64,000 nt of DNA. Source: Chitinophagales bacterium. GTDB lineage: Bacteria > Bacteroidota > Bacteroidia > Chitinophagales > Chitinophagaceae. Of this stretch, positions 42,244-50,060 are shown piece after piece. The stretch's first letter is position 1, and each line of letters begins with the position of its first letter. The translations under genes and the position numbers were made by a program. The DNA lies in NCBI GenBank assembly GCA_031539345.1, contig JAVKMO010000013.1, positions 1,276-65,275 on the forward strand. The letters are read 5' to 3'. A model generated the notes under the pieces. It had not been told where the DNA came from, made no database searches, and saw nothing but the letters and a program-made list of their open reading frames with translations.

Positions 42244-42822
42244 TCACATTTGTTTTGTTTGTGCATTTTTAAATTCTTTTTTCCAACTTACATATGCTTG
42301 AATGGCAATTGCCAATAATACAACGTATTGAACGCATGTAATGGCATATCCTTTGTAATAAAACAAGCCGATAGAAATAATATTTACAATTATCCATAAC
42401 AACCAATTTTCTATTTTTCGCAGTACTAATAATCCCATAGCAACATAAGATGCACCAACTACAAAAGAGTCAAAAAAAGGCACCGTACTGTCGGTTAAAT
42501 ATTCTAATCCAAAATAAAATATTCCCCATAATCCCAAGAGAGAAAGCAAGCCAATCCACTTTTCTTTTCTATTGCAATAACTAATTGCAATGACATTTAT
42601 ATTATCTGATTTTTTCTTTATCCAATTGATCCAGCCAATCAGGTTCATCACTGTGTAATACAAATTCAACACACATTCTCCATACAATTTACCTTCAAAA
42701 CAAATGAAGATGTAAATCATCGTATTGCCTAAGCCAATGACAAACCCCCAATAACTATTTTTGTAAGAATAATAAACACCAATGATGCCGAATATTGTAC
42801 CTAATAATTCTAATTTATTCAT
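42244..42822 (-). CDS. pnuC: nicotinamide riboside transporter PnuC
   Basis: 192 aa, 7 TM. N-terminus ELLGTIFGIIGVYYSYKNSYWGF and the WINW motif are typical of PnuC. Confidence 0.85.
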   Translation of the reverse strand: MNKLELLGTIFGIIGVYYSYKNSYWGFVIGLGNTMIYIFICFEGKLYGECVLNLYYTVMNLIGWINWIKKKSDNINVIAISYCNRKEKWIGLLSLLGLWGIFYFGLEYLTDSTVPFFDSFVVGASYVAMGLLVLRKIENWLLWIIVNIISIGLFYYKGYAITCVQYVVLLAIAIQAYVSWKKEFKNAQTKQM

Positions 42823-42986
42823 GTTTTATGCTTAAAGGAAAATGCTCTAAAATTGCTTGTTTTTGTTTAATTTGCTGTCTGAAATTGGAAAATATTGTGC
42901 TTGTTATGTTATTCTTGAATAACTAACAATATGCTATTTTATGTCTGCTGATTGATGTTTTTTTTCCGTGAACGTATTTTTTTATT

Positions 42987-44315
42987 ATGCAAATTATTTT
43001 CATTTCTTTTAAAAAATTTACCAAACTCCATCGATTGTTTTTATCTTTTGTTATCGTGTATGGGTTATCGGCAATATTGATGCCTGTTTTTGCTCAACCC
43101 AAGCTGACTAAACAAAAAACTAAAAATGAGTTTATCATCGGCTATATTAAGAATGGCGAACTAAAAGTGTTTAAAAATTTGATTAAGAACAAAGTTCTCA
43201 ATTTGAATGGAATTGCAGGGTTGCGCTATGTTTCAAAAGATACTTTTGGCTATACAGATATTAAAGGAAAATTTATTGCTAAGCCTGGTACTGCCGTTCG
43301 GTTTTATCTTGGAGAGCTAAGGATAGGAACTTTTTTGGCAGACACTTTATTATCTTATATTGATATGTCAGGAAACGTACAGAGCGATTTACTTCTTGCT
43401 GAAAATAGAAACAAAGCAGCTTTAATACAAAGTTTAGATCAAGATGGTAACCCTACAAACGGCATTATTATCGATACTGAATTTGTAGCACGTTATCTTC
43501 AAGGAGACTTAGCACGACAAATGGATTTTGATAGAGAAGATTTTTCTAATGGACTGCAACAGCTTGTTGCATTAGCACAACAGTCAGGCAAACAAATGAC
43601 TTATGTTAGTCCAGAAAAAGCCATTGAAAGATTAGCTAATGGGTTGGGGTTAGATTATGAAGTCAAAGATTGTAATGAAAAATATGTTCAACCTGTGATA
43701 GAAGGTTGGTATTATGATGATTGTGCAAGCTGTCGATGGGAACAAAAAAAAGACGAAAATGGAAAAATGATATCTTTTACACAATATAATCAAAAAAATG
43801 AAATGGTTGTTAATTTGTCGAATTTTGAATACGACTATGTTGGCAATTGTCCTTCTCTGATTGTATGGGCAGAAACGGTTATGGCTGCTGGGTATCATTT
43901 TTATGAAAAATGGATTTATCAAACAAGTCCCGTTCCTCTTTTTAAAGAAACATACACATTTGAAGATAGAAACAAATTGATGGAACGATTTGGTTATGCC
44001 TACAACTCATCATTTTGGACAACCATTGAAACTGTATTTCGTGCTGATGGTGCAAAATCTGTTCAAGAATATGACAAAGAAGGTAAACACAGACTAAGAG
44101 TGAGCGAATATGATAACCAAGGAAAACGTACTTTTTACTTTTCTGATTATCATTATTATTCAAATGGCAATTTAAAATCTTTAACTGGGTATGATGCCAA
44201 AGGAAGGAAAAGTTATTATGAAGAATATTCTGAAACAAAAGCAAAAGAGAGAATCAAATTTGTCACTTTTGACCCTACGGGAAAGGTCTCTGGCTATACG
44301 GTTTTTAATAATTAG
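42987..44315 (+). CDS. hypothetical secreted protein with C-terminal YD-like repeats
   Basis: 442 aa with a signal-like N-terminus. The C-terminal segment repeats EYDKEGK / EYDNQGK / GYDAKGR / FDPTGK. Confidence 0.5.
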   Translation: MQIIFISFKKFTKLHRLFLSFVIVYGLSAILMPVFAQPKLTKQKTKNEFIIGYIKNGELKVFKNLIKNKVLNLNGIAGLRYVSKDTFGYTDIKGKFIAKPGTAVRFYLGELRIGTFLADTLLSYIDMSGNVQSDLLLAENRNKAALIQSLDQDGNPTNGIIIDTEFVARYLQGDLARQMDFDREDFSNGLQQLVALAQQSGKQMTYVSPEKAIERLANGLGLDYEVKDCNEKYVQPVIEGWYYDDCASCRWEQKKDENGKMISFTQYNQKNEMVVNLSNFEYDYVGNCPSLIVWAETVMAAGYHFYEKWIYQTSPVPLFKETYTFEDRNKLMERFGYAYNSSFWTTIETVFRADGAKSVQEYDKEGKHRLRVSEYDNQGKRTFYFSDYHYYSNGNLKSLTGYDAKGRKSYYEEYSETKAKERIKFVTFDPTGKVSGYTVFNN

Positions 44316-44346
44316 TCTTTTTATTTTTCTTCTCATTGTTGAATGA

Positions 44347-44760
44347 ATGCCTTCCTATAAAATTGAAAATGGAAAAATTTGGGATATCGTTAGAAAGCAA
44401 TGGCTGTATGCTTTTCCCGAAGAAGTTTTACGCCAACAAGTAATAAATTATTTAATACACGAAAAAAAATATCCGCTTGCATTTATTGCCGTAGAAAAAG
44501 AATTTTTATTTCAGCAACGTAAAAAACGATTTGACATTGTTGTTTACAATAGCGATTTTACACCACACATTTTAGTTGAATGTAAACAAAAAAAAGTGCC
44601 ACTTGACCATCGTGTGAGTGATCAAATATTGCCTTATCTATTAGCACTTGCCCCGCAATATGTGGTCATTACAAATGGAGAAAGAATGCTCGTTTACAAA
44701 AGGAATAATGAAACGATAGAACAAATAGAAACAATTCCAACTTTTGATTTTATTCAGTAA
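44347..44760 (+). CDS. HsdR-N-terminal-like PD-(D/E)xK nuclease-fold protein
   Basis: 137 aa. Putative D...ExK core (RFDIVVY ... ILVECKQK). Size and pattern resemble the stand-alone type I restriction enzyme HsdR N-terminal domain proteins common in Bacteroidota. Confidence 0.6.
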   Translation: MPSYKIENGKIWDIVRKQWLYAFPEEVLRQQVINYLIHEKKYPLAFIAVEKEFLFQQRKKRFDIVVYNSDFTPHILVECKQKKVPLDHRVSDQILPYLLALAPQYVVITNGERMLVYKRNNETIEQIETIPTFDFIQ

Positions 44761-44781
44761 AAAATAATTTTTCATTTTACT

Positions 44782-45843
44782 ATGCAAGAACAATTTTCAC
44801 AAGAAGACGAAGAAGAAGATTTGTCGCCCCAAGATGAACAAGGTTTATACGAACAATTTCGTGTTGTTGTTGATAAAGGACAGACACCGCTTCGGATTGA
44901 CAAATTTTTACAAAATAGAATTCTTGGTGCAACGCGAAACCGTCTGCAACAAGGCATTGAAAAAGGAATCGTCCTCGTCAATCAAAAAACAACAAAGGCA
45001 AATTATTTGGTAAAACCCTTTGACGATATCATTGTCTATGCACAAGGTACAGAACATGATGACGAAATTGTTCCTGAAAATATTCCTTTAGATATCTTAT
45101 TTGAAGATGATTATTTGCTCCTTGTCAACAAACCAGCAGGCATGGTTGTGCATCCCGGTTGCGGAAATTACAAAGGCACTATGCTCAATGCGGTTGCATA
45201 CCATTTTGCCAAAAACAATTTAGACACAACAACTTTGCCTCGTCTTGGTCTTGTGCATCGTATTGATAAAAACACAAGTGGCATTTTAGTGTTAGCTAAA
45301 ACTTTAGATGCCATTTATGGAATGATTAAACAATTTGCAGATCATAGCATCCATCGCCGATATATTGCTATGGCATGGGGAGATATGAAGCAAAATCAAG
45401 GGACAATAAAAGCACATATTGGAAGGCATCAACGCTTTAGAAAAAAATTTGACGCTTATCCCAATGGAGAATACGGTAAAGATGCGACAACACATTACAA
45501 AGTATTGCAACGATTCAATTATGTAACGCTTATAGAATGTCGATTAGAAACGGGACGCACGCACCAAATTCGTGTGCATATGCAACATATCGGACACAAC
45601 CTTTTTAATGACTATGAATATGGTGGTGATAAAATTTTGAAGGGAACTGTATATAAAAATTATCAGTCTTTTATTCAAAAATGCTTTGATGCCATGCCAA
45701 GACACGCTTTACACGCCAAAGAATTAGGCTTTATTCACCCTATTACAAAAGAAAAAATGTTTTTTGAGAGTGAATTGCCAAATGACTTTGAGCAGTTGAT
45801 TTCATTGTGGACAGCCTATACGTTAAGAAATAAAATGCTATAA
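44782..45843 (+). CDS. rluD: 23S rRNA pseudouridine synthase, RluA/RluD family
   Basis: 353 aa. S4-like N-terminal domain (RIDKFLQ). Catalytic motif LVHRIDKNTSGILVLAK. RTHQIRVHM. Confidence 0.9.
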   Translation: MQEQFSQEDEEEDLSPQDEQGLYEQFRVVVDKGQTPLRIDKFLQNRILGATRNRLQQGIEKGIVLVNQKTTKANYLVKPFDDIIVYAQGTEHDDEIVPENIPLDILFEDDYLLLVNKPAGMVVHPGCGNYKGTMLNAVAYHFAKNNLDTTTLPRLGLVHRIDKNTSGILVLAKTLDAIYGMIKQFADHSIHRRYIAMAWGDMKQNQGTIKAHIGRHQRFRKKFDAYPNGEYGKDATTHYKVLQRFNYVTLIECRLETGRTHQIRVHMQHIGHNLFNDYEYGGDKILKGTVYKNYQSFIQKCFDAMPRHALHAKELGFIHPITKEKMFFESELPNDFEQLISLWTAYTLRNKML

Positions 45844-45926
45844 AGAACACATCAATAATGGTTAATTGAGTACATCTGAACTGGCTTGAGGCTATGGCAA
45901 AGCAACTATCTATTTTATGACCACAA

Positions 45927-46061
45927 GGCTTCAACGGTTTGGGGCTTGGCGAAGTGGGGGATTTTGAAGCACTTACTTTCAATTTAGCACAAATGTACGT
46001 AAAAAGCACAAATGTTGAAGTTGGCACTGAAGCCCCAATTTCGCAAAACCGTTGTTAGCGG
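45927..46061. repeat. attC-like imperfect-hairpin repeat, copy A (most degenerate)
   Basis: Left arm GGCTTCAACGGTTTGGGGCTTGGCGAAGTGGGGG. Right arm GCCCCAATTTCGCAAAACCGTTGTTAGCGG. The centre carries four ~17-bp direct sub-repeats. Confidence 0.8.
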
Positions 46062-46071
46062 AAGTACCTTT

Positions 46072-46230
46072 TTAAACTAATTCTTTTTTCTTGGTTTTAG
46101 TCAATTTAGTAGTAGATTTTTTTGCTTTATAGTCAGCGATAAACTTACTTATTTCAGCTCTATCTTTGTCTGTCAAAGGTTCGCTTTGGATTAGAAAGTC
46201 AATGCCTTTAGGTTCTTTTATGTGTCCCAT
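46072..46230 (-). CDS. small ORF (52 aa), below the ORF-track cutoff, 4 nt downstream of the GNAT-like gene
   Basis: My translation: MGHIKEPKGIDFLIQSEPLTDKDRAEISKFIADYKAKKSTTKLTKTKKKELV. The ATG at 46230 is 4 nt after the upstream stop (46235). The stop lies 10 nt before repeat A. Lys-rich tail. Confidence 0.4.
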   Translation of the reverse strand: MGHIKEPKGIDFLIQSEPLTDKDRAEISKFIADYKAKKSTTKLTKTKKKELV

Positions 46231-46234
46231 TTTG

Positions 46235-46750
46235 TTAAGATTTAAAATATTTATCAGTCAAAATTTTTGCAGAATGCGTTGGAATTATCATTTTATGTCC
46301 ACCAAAATGATAAGCGTCCAAAGTTTCTTCATAATGTTTTATCAATCTTGTCTTTGCCGTAAATGACAAAAACCCTTCAAAACCAAATTGAAAAGAGAGT
46401 TTACAAGCATAAGCTACTAAATTTCCAGCAACACCTTCATAGAGTTTGTTTTTACCAATATTAAAAGGAGCGTTTTCGAGTAAATTCATAAAAATGTGGT
46501 TGCTTTCTCTTCGGATACTTATAATGTTAGGGTTTCCAACAATTGTCAATTTGTAAACTTCGTTTATTTCGTTGTCAAGCTCAGATTTCCAGTTGAAATT
46601 CCAACCATTCCTTTTTACTACTTGTTTACAGTCAGCAAAGGTAAATCTTGAAATTTCGGTTTGAAAACTATCTCCAGAAATAGTATTTTGGATAGAGTTA
46701 GTTAATTTATCCACTAAAAAATCGAGTTGTATTTCGCTTGTCATTTTCAC
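46235..46750 (-). CDS. GNAT-like acetyltransferase-fold protein (tentative)
   Basis: 171 aa. The C-terminal segment YEGVAGNLVAYACKLSFQFGFEGFLSF resembles the GNAT motif-A region. The assignment comes from pattern memory only. Confidence 0.5.
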   Translation of the reverse strand: MKMTSEIQLDFLVDKLTNSIQNTISGDSFQTEISRFTFADCKQVVKRNGWNFNWKSELDNEINEVYKLTIVGNPNIISIRRESNHIFMNLLENAPFNIGKNKLYEGVAGNLVAYACKLSFQFGFEGFLSFTAKTRLIKHYEETLDAYHFGGHKMIIPTHSAKILTDKYFKS

Positions 46751-46822
46751 AGGATAAATTTACAAAACAATTATCAGCCTTGCAAGTGTTAAGTTTCAGA
46801 TAGTAGTGCGGTAATGGTATTC

Positions 46823-46958
46823 CCGCTAACGGCCTGGGGCTTTGCGAAGGTGGGGAAATCGAAGCACAAATGTTCAATTTAGTACAAATGTTCATTAGAA
46901 TTCCAATGCTCAAATTTAGCACAAATGCCCCACTTTTGCAAAGCCCCTGTTAGGTGCA
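46823..46958. repeat. attC-like imperfect-hairpin repeat, copy B
   Basis: Left arm CCGCTAACGGCCTGGGGCTTTGCGAAGGTGGGG. Right arm CCCCACTTTTGCAAAGCCCCTGTTAGGTGCA. The arms pair with a 5-nt versus 1-nt internal loop. Confidence 0.85.
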
Positions 46959-47037
46959 GTTTTTTTTCATTTTCGCATTTATTTTTGCGTATTTGAATTA
47001 TTATTCTCATATTTGCAAAATAAAATGAATTCAAGTT

Positions 47038-47343
47038 ATGTCTGAATGGAATAATAAAGTCAAACGAATACTCAAATCAGAGTTAGTAAAACGTGGTTTG
47101 TCCACCGAAGATTTAACCACTTTGTTAAACGAAAACGGTTGTACAGAAACGAAGTCAAGCGTTGATAGTAAAATTAGTCGTGGTACTTTTAGTGCTTCCT
47201 TTTTTATGCAATGTCTGTATGTCATAGGTTGTACAAAAATTGAAATTGAAGAATATCGCTCTACTTTTATGATTTCAGAACCGTCTGTTTTGATGGTTGC
47301 TGAACCTAATGTTGAATATAAAACTGTGAAAGATGACAACTAA
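47038..47343 (+). CDS. small putative DNA-binding/regulatory protein (DUF6471-like) coupled to the methyltransferase
   Basis: 101 aa. WNNKVKRILKSELVKRGLSTEDL...SKISRGTFSASFFMQCLYVIG resembles, from memory, DUF6471 proteins often found next to methyltransferases. Its stop (47341-47343) overlaps the MTase ATG (47333). Confidence 0.55.
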   Translation: MSEWNNKVKRILKSELVKRGLSTEDLTTLLNENGCTETKSSVDSKISRGTFSASFFMQCLYVIGCTKIEIEEYRSTFMISEPSVLMVAEPNVEYKTVKDDN

Positions 47344-48703
47344 ATTAAAATTTATAGATTTATTCGCTGGTCTTGGTGGTATTCGTCTTGGTTTTGAGCA
47401 AGCCTGTCAAGATAGAGGAATTGAAACTGAATGTGTTTTAACTTCTGAAATTAAACCTTACGCAATACAAACACTAAAACATAATCATCATCACGAAAAT
47501 TTTGTAGGCGATATTTTTCAAGTTAAAAATGAAGATATTCCGCTATTTGATTTTTTATTTGGTGGTTTCCCTTGTCAGCCGTTTAGTGCAAGTGGAAAAC
47601 GAAATGGTTTTGCTGATACAAGAGGAACTTTGTTTTTTGAAATAGAAAGAATTATTAAATACCATCAACCAAAAGGATTTATCCTTGAAAATGTTGAAGG
47701 TTTGGTAAAACACGATTTAGAAAACAAATATGATGAAATTGGCAGAACACTAAAAACAATTTTAGATAAACTTGAAAATGAATTAAATTATCAAGTGTCT
47801 TGGAAAGTTTTGGATAGTATAAATTTTGGCGTTCCACAGTCAAGAAAAAGAGTTTTTATTGTCGGTACAAAAAATGAAAAAGTGTCATTAGATAATTTTG
47901 AGCCAACTTTTAAAGTTTTGAAAGATGTTTTAGAAAGTGGCAAACCAATAATGAAAACCGATTTCACTAAAAAATTACTTTCACATTTTACGGTTGAAGA
48001 ACTTTATGGAAAATCAATAAAGGACAAACGTGGTGGCGAAAACAATATTCATAGTTGGGATATTGGTGTAAAAGGTGAATGTTCAAAAGACCAAATAAAT
48101 TTGCTAAACAGGCTTTTTAAAGAACGCAGAAAAAAGCAATGGGCGAGTGAAATTGGTATTGATTGGATGGATGGTATGCCTTTAACTTTAAGTCAAATTC
48201 AGTCATTTTTTCCTGCCAAGAATTTGTTTGAAAATGTTGATGTAAAAGCACTTTTAGATGATTTGGTTGAAAAAGGTTATATAAAATTTGAACACCCAAA
48301 AAAAATAGTTTCTGAAAATACAGAGAATGGTGTAATTACTTCTCGTATATATGACGAAACAAAACCAAAAGGCTACAATATTGTAACTGGAAAATTGAGT
48401 TTTGAAATAAATAAAATTTTAAATCCTTTTGAAATTGCTCCAACTTTGGTTGCTACTGATATGGTTAAAATTGTTGTTCCCGATGGCAAAGGAATAAGAA
48501 AACTAACCATAAGAGAAGGTTTAAGAATTTTTGGTTATCCCGAAAATTACGAAATTCCTGTCAAAGAAAGTTTAGCGTTTGATTTATTAGGAAACACGGT
48601 TGTTGTTCCTGTTATCAAAGCCGTTGCAGAAAAAATTTTAGATGCTTTGGAAGTGTCGGAATACGAAATATTAGAAACAGAAAACGCAGGAATTAGAGTT
48701 TAA
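47333..48703 (+). CDS. dcm: DNA (cytosine-5)-methyltransferase, type II
   Basis: 456 aa with all the canonical m5C motifs: I FAGLGG, IV GGFPCQPFS, VI ENVEGL, VIII QSRKRVFIVG, IX REGLRIFGYP, X GNTVVVPV. Long variable (TRD) region between VIII and IX. Confidence 0.95.
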   Translation: MTTKLKFIDLFAGLGGIRLGFEQACQDRGIETECVLTSEIKPYAIQTLKHNHHHENFVGDIFQVKNEDIPLFDFLFGGFPCQPFSASGKRNGFADTRGTLFFEIERIIKYHQPKGFILENVEGLVKHDLENKYDEIGRTLKTILDKLENELNYQVSWKVLDSINFGVPQSRKRVFIVGTKNEKVSLDNFEPTFKVLKDVLESGKPIMKTDFTKKLLSHFTVEELYGKSIKDKRGGENNIHSWDIGVKGECSKDQINLLNRLFKERRKKQWASEIGIDWMDGMPLTLSQIQSFFPAKNLFENVDVKALLDDLVEKGYIKFEHPKKIVSENTENGVITSRIYDETKPKGYNIVTGKLSFEINKILNPFEIAPTLVATDMVKIVVPDGKGIRKLTIREGLRIFGYPENYEIPVKESLAFDLLGNTVVVPVIKAVAEKILDALEVSEYEILETENAGIRV

Positions 48704-49382
48704 TTCCTGTGTTTTCAAAATATTTTTTCTTTACGTTTTTCAACCAATTTTCGCTGTAACTTCCTGTACTGTGAGAATATTTTTCGAGCGTTTCAGAAAT
48801 AGCATTTAGAAAAGTGATTTTATCTGCAAATGGTTTGTTCTTTGGATTTTTAGCATACCATTTTATAGGTCTTAAATTATATGGTTGGCTGTTTTTGGTT
48901 TGCATATTTACAGGATTTGCTCCCGAAGTTCCTGCCATTTCCCAAACTTTCATAAGCCATAAATTGTCCACACTCAAAACAGAATCAACCATTTTGTAAC
49001 CGAAAATCAAATAATCTGCATCAAGTCTTTCAGGTTTGATAAGTAGAGATTTGTTGTAAGAGTCAAAATTTGCAATGTCAAAAGCTGGTGTAGCATTTGC
49101 ATTGAATGTTTTGATTTCTAAAAACCCACTTTTGTCGTCTTCGGCTAGTAAAAAGTCTGGAAATTCTTGTGTGTTTACTCTGGTTCTAAAATAAAAGTTC
49201 TTTTGTTTTAGCCATTCACCAAGCCATTCTTGTAATAAGTCGCCAATTGCGTCTTTACCGTTATATTTTGCAGAAATACCGCCAAGTATGATTTCAACGC
49301 TTCCGATTTGTTCTTTTATTTTAAATTCGTTTAACAACAAATCATAAATTTCATTCGCTGTAACCTTTTTCTTTTCTGCCAT
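48693..49382 (-). CDS. type II restriction endonuclease (PD-ExK fold), partner of the m5C methyltransferase
   Basis: 229 aa. Convergent with the MTase, 11-nt tail overlap. Candidate catalytic core EFPDFLL ... GFLEIKTF (PD...ExK). A similarity to the NgoBV/NlaIV family is only a recollection and is unverified. Confidence 0.65.
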   Translation of the reverse strand: MAEKKKVTANEIYDLLLNEFKIKEQIGSVEIILGGISAKYNGKDAIGDLLQEWLGEWLKQKNFYFRTRVNTQEFPDFLLAEDDKSGFLEIKTFNANATPAFDIANFDSYNKSLLIKPERLDADYLIFGYKMVDSVLSVDNLWLMKVWEMAGTSGANPVNMQTKNSQPYNLRPIKWYAKNPKNKPFADKITFLNAISETLEKYSHSTGSYSENWLKNVKKKYFENTGIKL

Positions 49383-49471
49383 TCTTCTGTCTTGATTATA
49401 TTTTAAAATTGTCGCAAATGTACAAATTCTTCGTTGATGTTCGTTGTCGGTTGTGTCGGTTTTCGTAGCCT

Positions 49472-49609
49472 TGCACCTAACGGTTTTGGGCTTGGCGAAG
49501 GTGGGGTTTAGAAAGTATCAATGTTCAAATTTAGTACAAAAGCTAATAGAAAGTACAAATGTTCTGCCTAGTACTAAAGCCCCACTTTTGCCAAACCCAT
49601 GTTGTGCGT
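49472..49609. repeat. attC-like imperfect-hairpin repeat, copy C
   Basis: Left arm TGCACCTAACGGTTTTGGGCTTGGCGAAGGTGGGG (ACCTAAC equals RYYYAAC). Right arm CCCCACTTTTGCCAAACCCATGTTGTGCGT. Confidence 0.85.
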
Positions 49610-49629
49610 TCGTTGTTTTTTCTTTCAAG

Positions 49630-50059
49630 TTATTGTTCTAACATTTTTTTCAGTCCGTCCATTACATAACCCCAATTTGTGTCTGAATGGTTATGAGTTT
49701 CTTGTGTTTTAAAACCTCCTTGAACTATTGTAAAAATTGTTCCGTTTCCGTCTGCCGTTAATTCGTATTTTATTTCTGAATAGTTTGCAGGAATATCTTC
49801 TGTTCCTGAAAAAGAACTCCAATAATTATAAAGTATAAATTTTTCGATTTCAATATCTATTATGTTTCCTTTGTCTTCGTATGATTTGCCTTCATAAATT
49901 CCTTTGTAAAGTATTGGACTTCCTATCTTCCATTCACTTATACATTCCGTTCCAAAGAAATATATTTTAATAAGTTCGGGATTTGTCAATGCTTCCCAAA
50001 CTTTTGCAGTTGAAGCGTTAATATTAAATTGACTTTTTTAATGTTAATTCTGTTGTCAT
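49630..50059 (-). pseudogene. SRPBCC / AHSA1-like protein, interrupted by a frameshift in an A6 run
   Basis: ATG at 50059 gives MTTELTLKKSI then a stop. The long ORF (track 49630..49989, TTG start) is in another frame. Upstream of its TTG it still encodes KSQFNINASTAKVWEAL, preceded by an in-frame TAA. Removing one base of the run at 50034-50039 restores a 142-aa SRPBCC-type protein. Confidence 0.65.
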
Positions 50060-50060
50060 T

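Noticed and set aside
45743-46027. 94-aa minus-strand ORF running through repeat A. Similar ORFs run through repeat B (46707..46922, minus) and repeat C (49444..49641, plus), with look-alike peptides (ICAKLKVSASKSPTSPSPKPL versus ICTKLNICASISPPSQSPRPL).
   Set aside because: The similarity is just the translated repeat. The ORFs are on different strands in different copies, and the first overlaps the 3-prime end of rluD. I treat them as artefacts of the attC-like elements.
46166-46366. 66-aa plus-strand ORF
   Set aside because: It is antisense to the GNAT-like gene and the 52-aa ORF junction, with no support.
47031-47339. 102-aa minus-strand ORF mirroring the DUF6471-like gene
   Set aside because: The plus-strand reading has family-like motifs and is translationally coupled to the MTase. 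The minus-strand ORF has no features and would point away from any partner.
45927-49609. Could the three ~136-bp repeats be a CRISPR array?
   Set aside because: The repeats are far too long, only about 70-80 percent identical and internally palindromic. They are separated by 0.8-2.5 kb segments that contain genes. No cas genes are present.
45927-49609. Could the repeats be MITEs or generic REP elements?
   Set aside because: Not fully excluded, but no target-site duplications are visible. The variable tips pair across neighbouring elements rather than within one element, which a MITE model does not predict. I kept this as the alternative hypothesis in the main finding.
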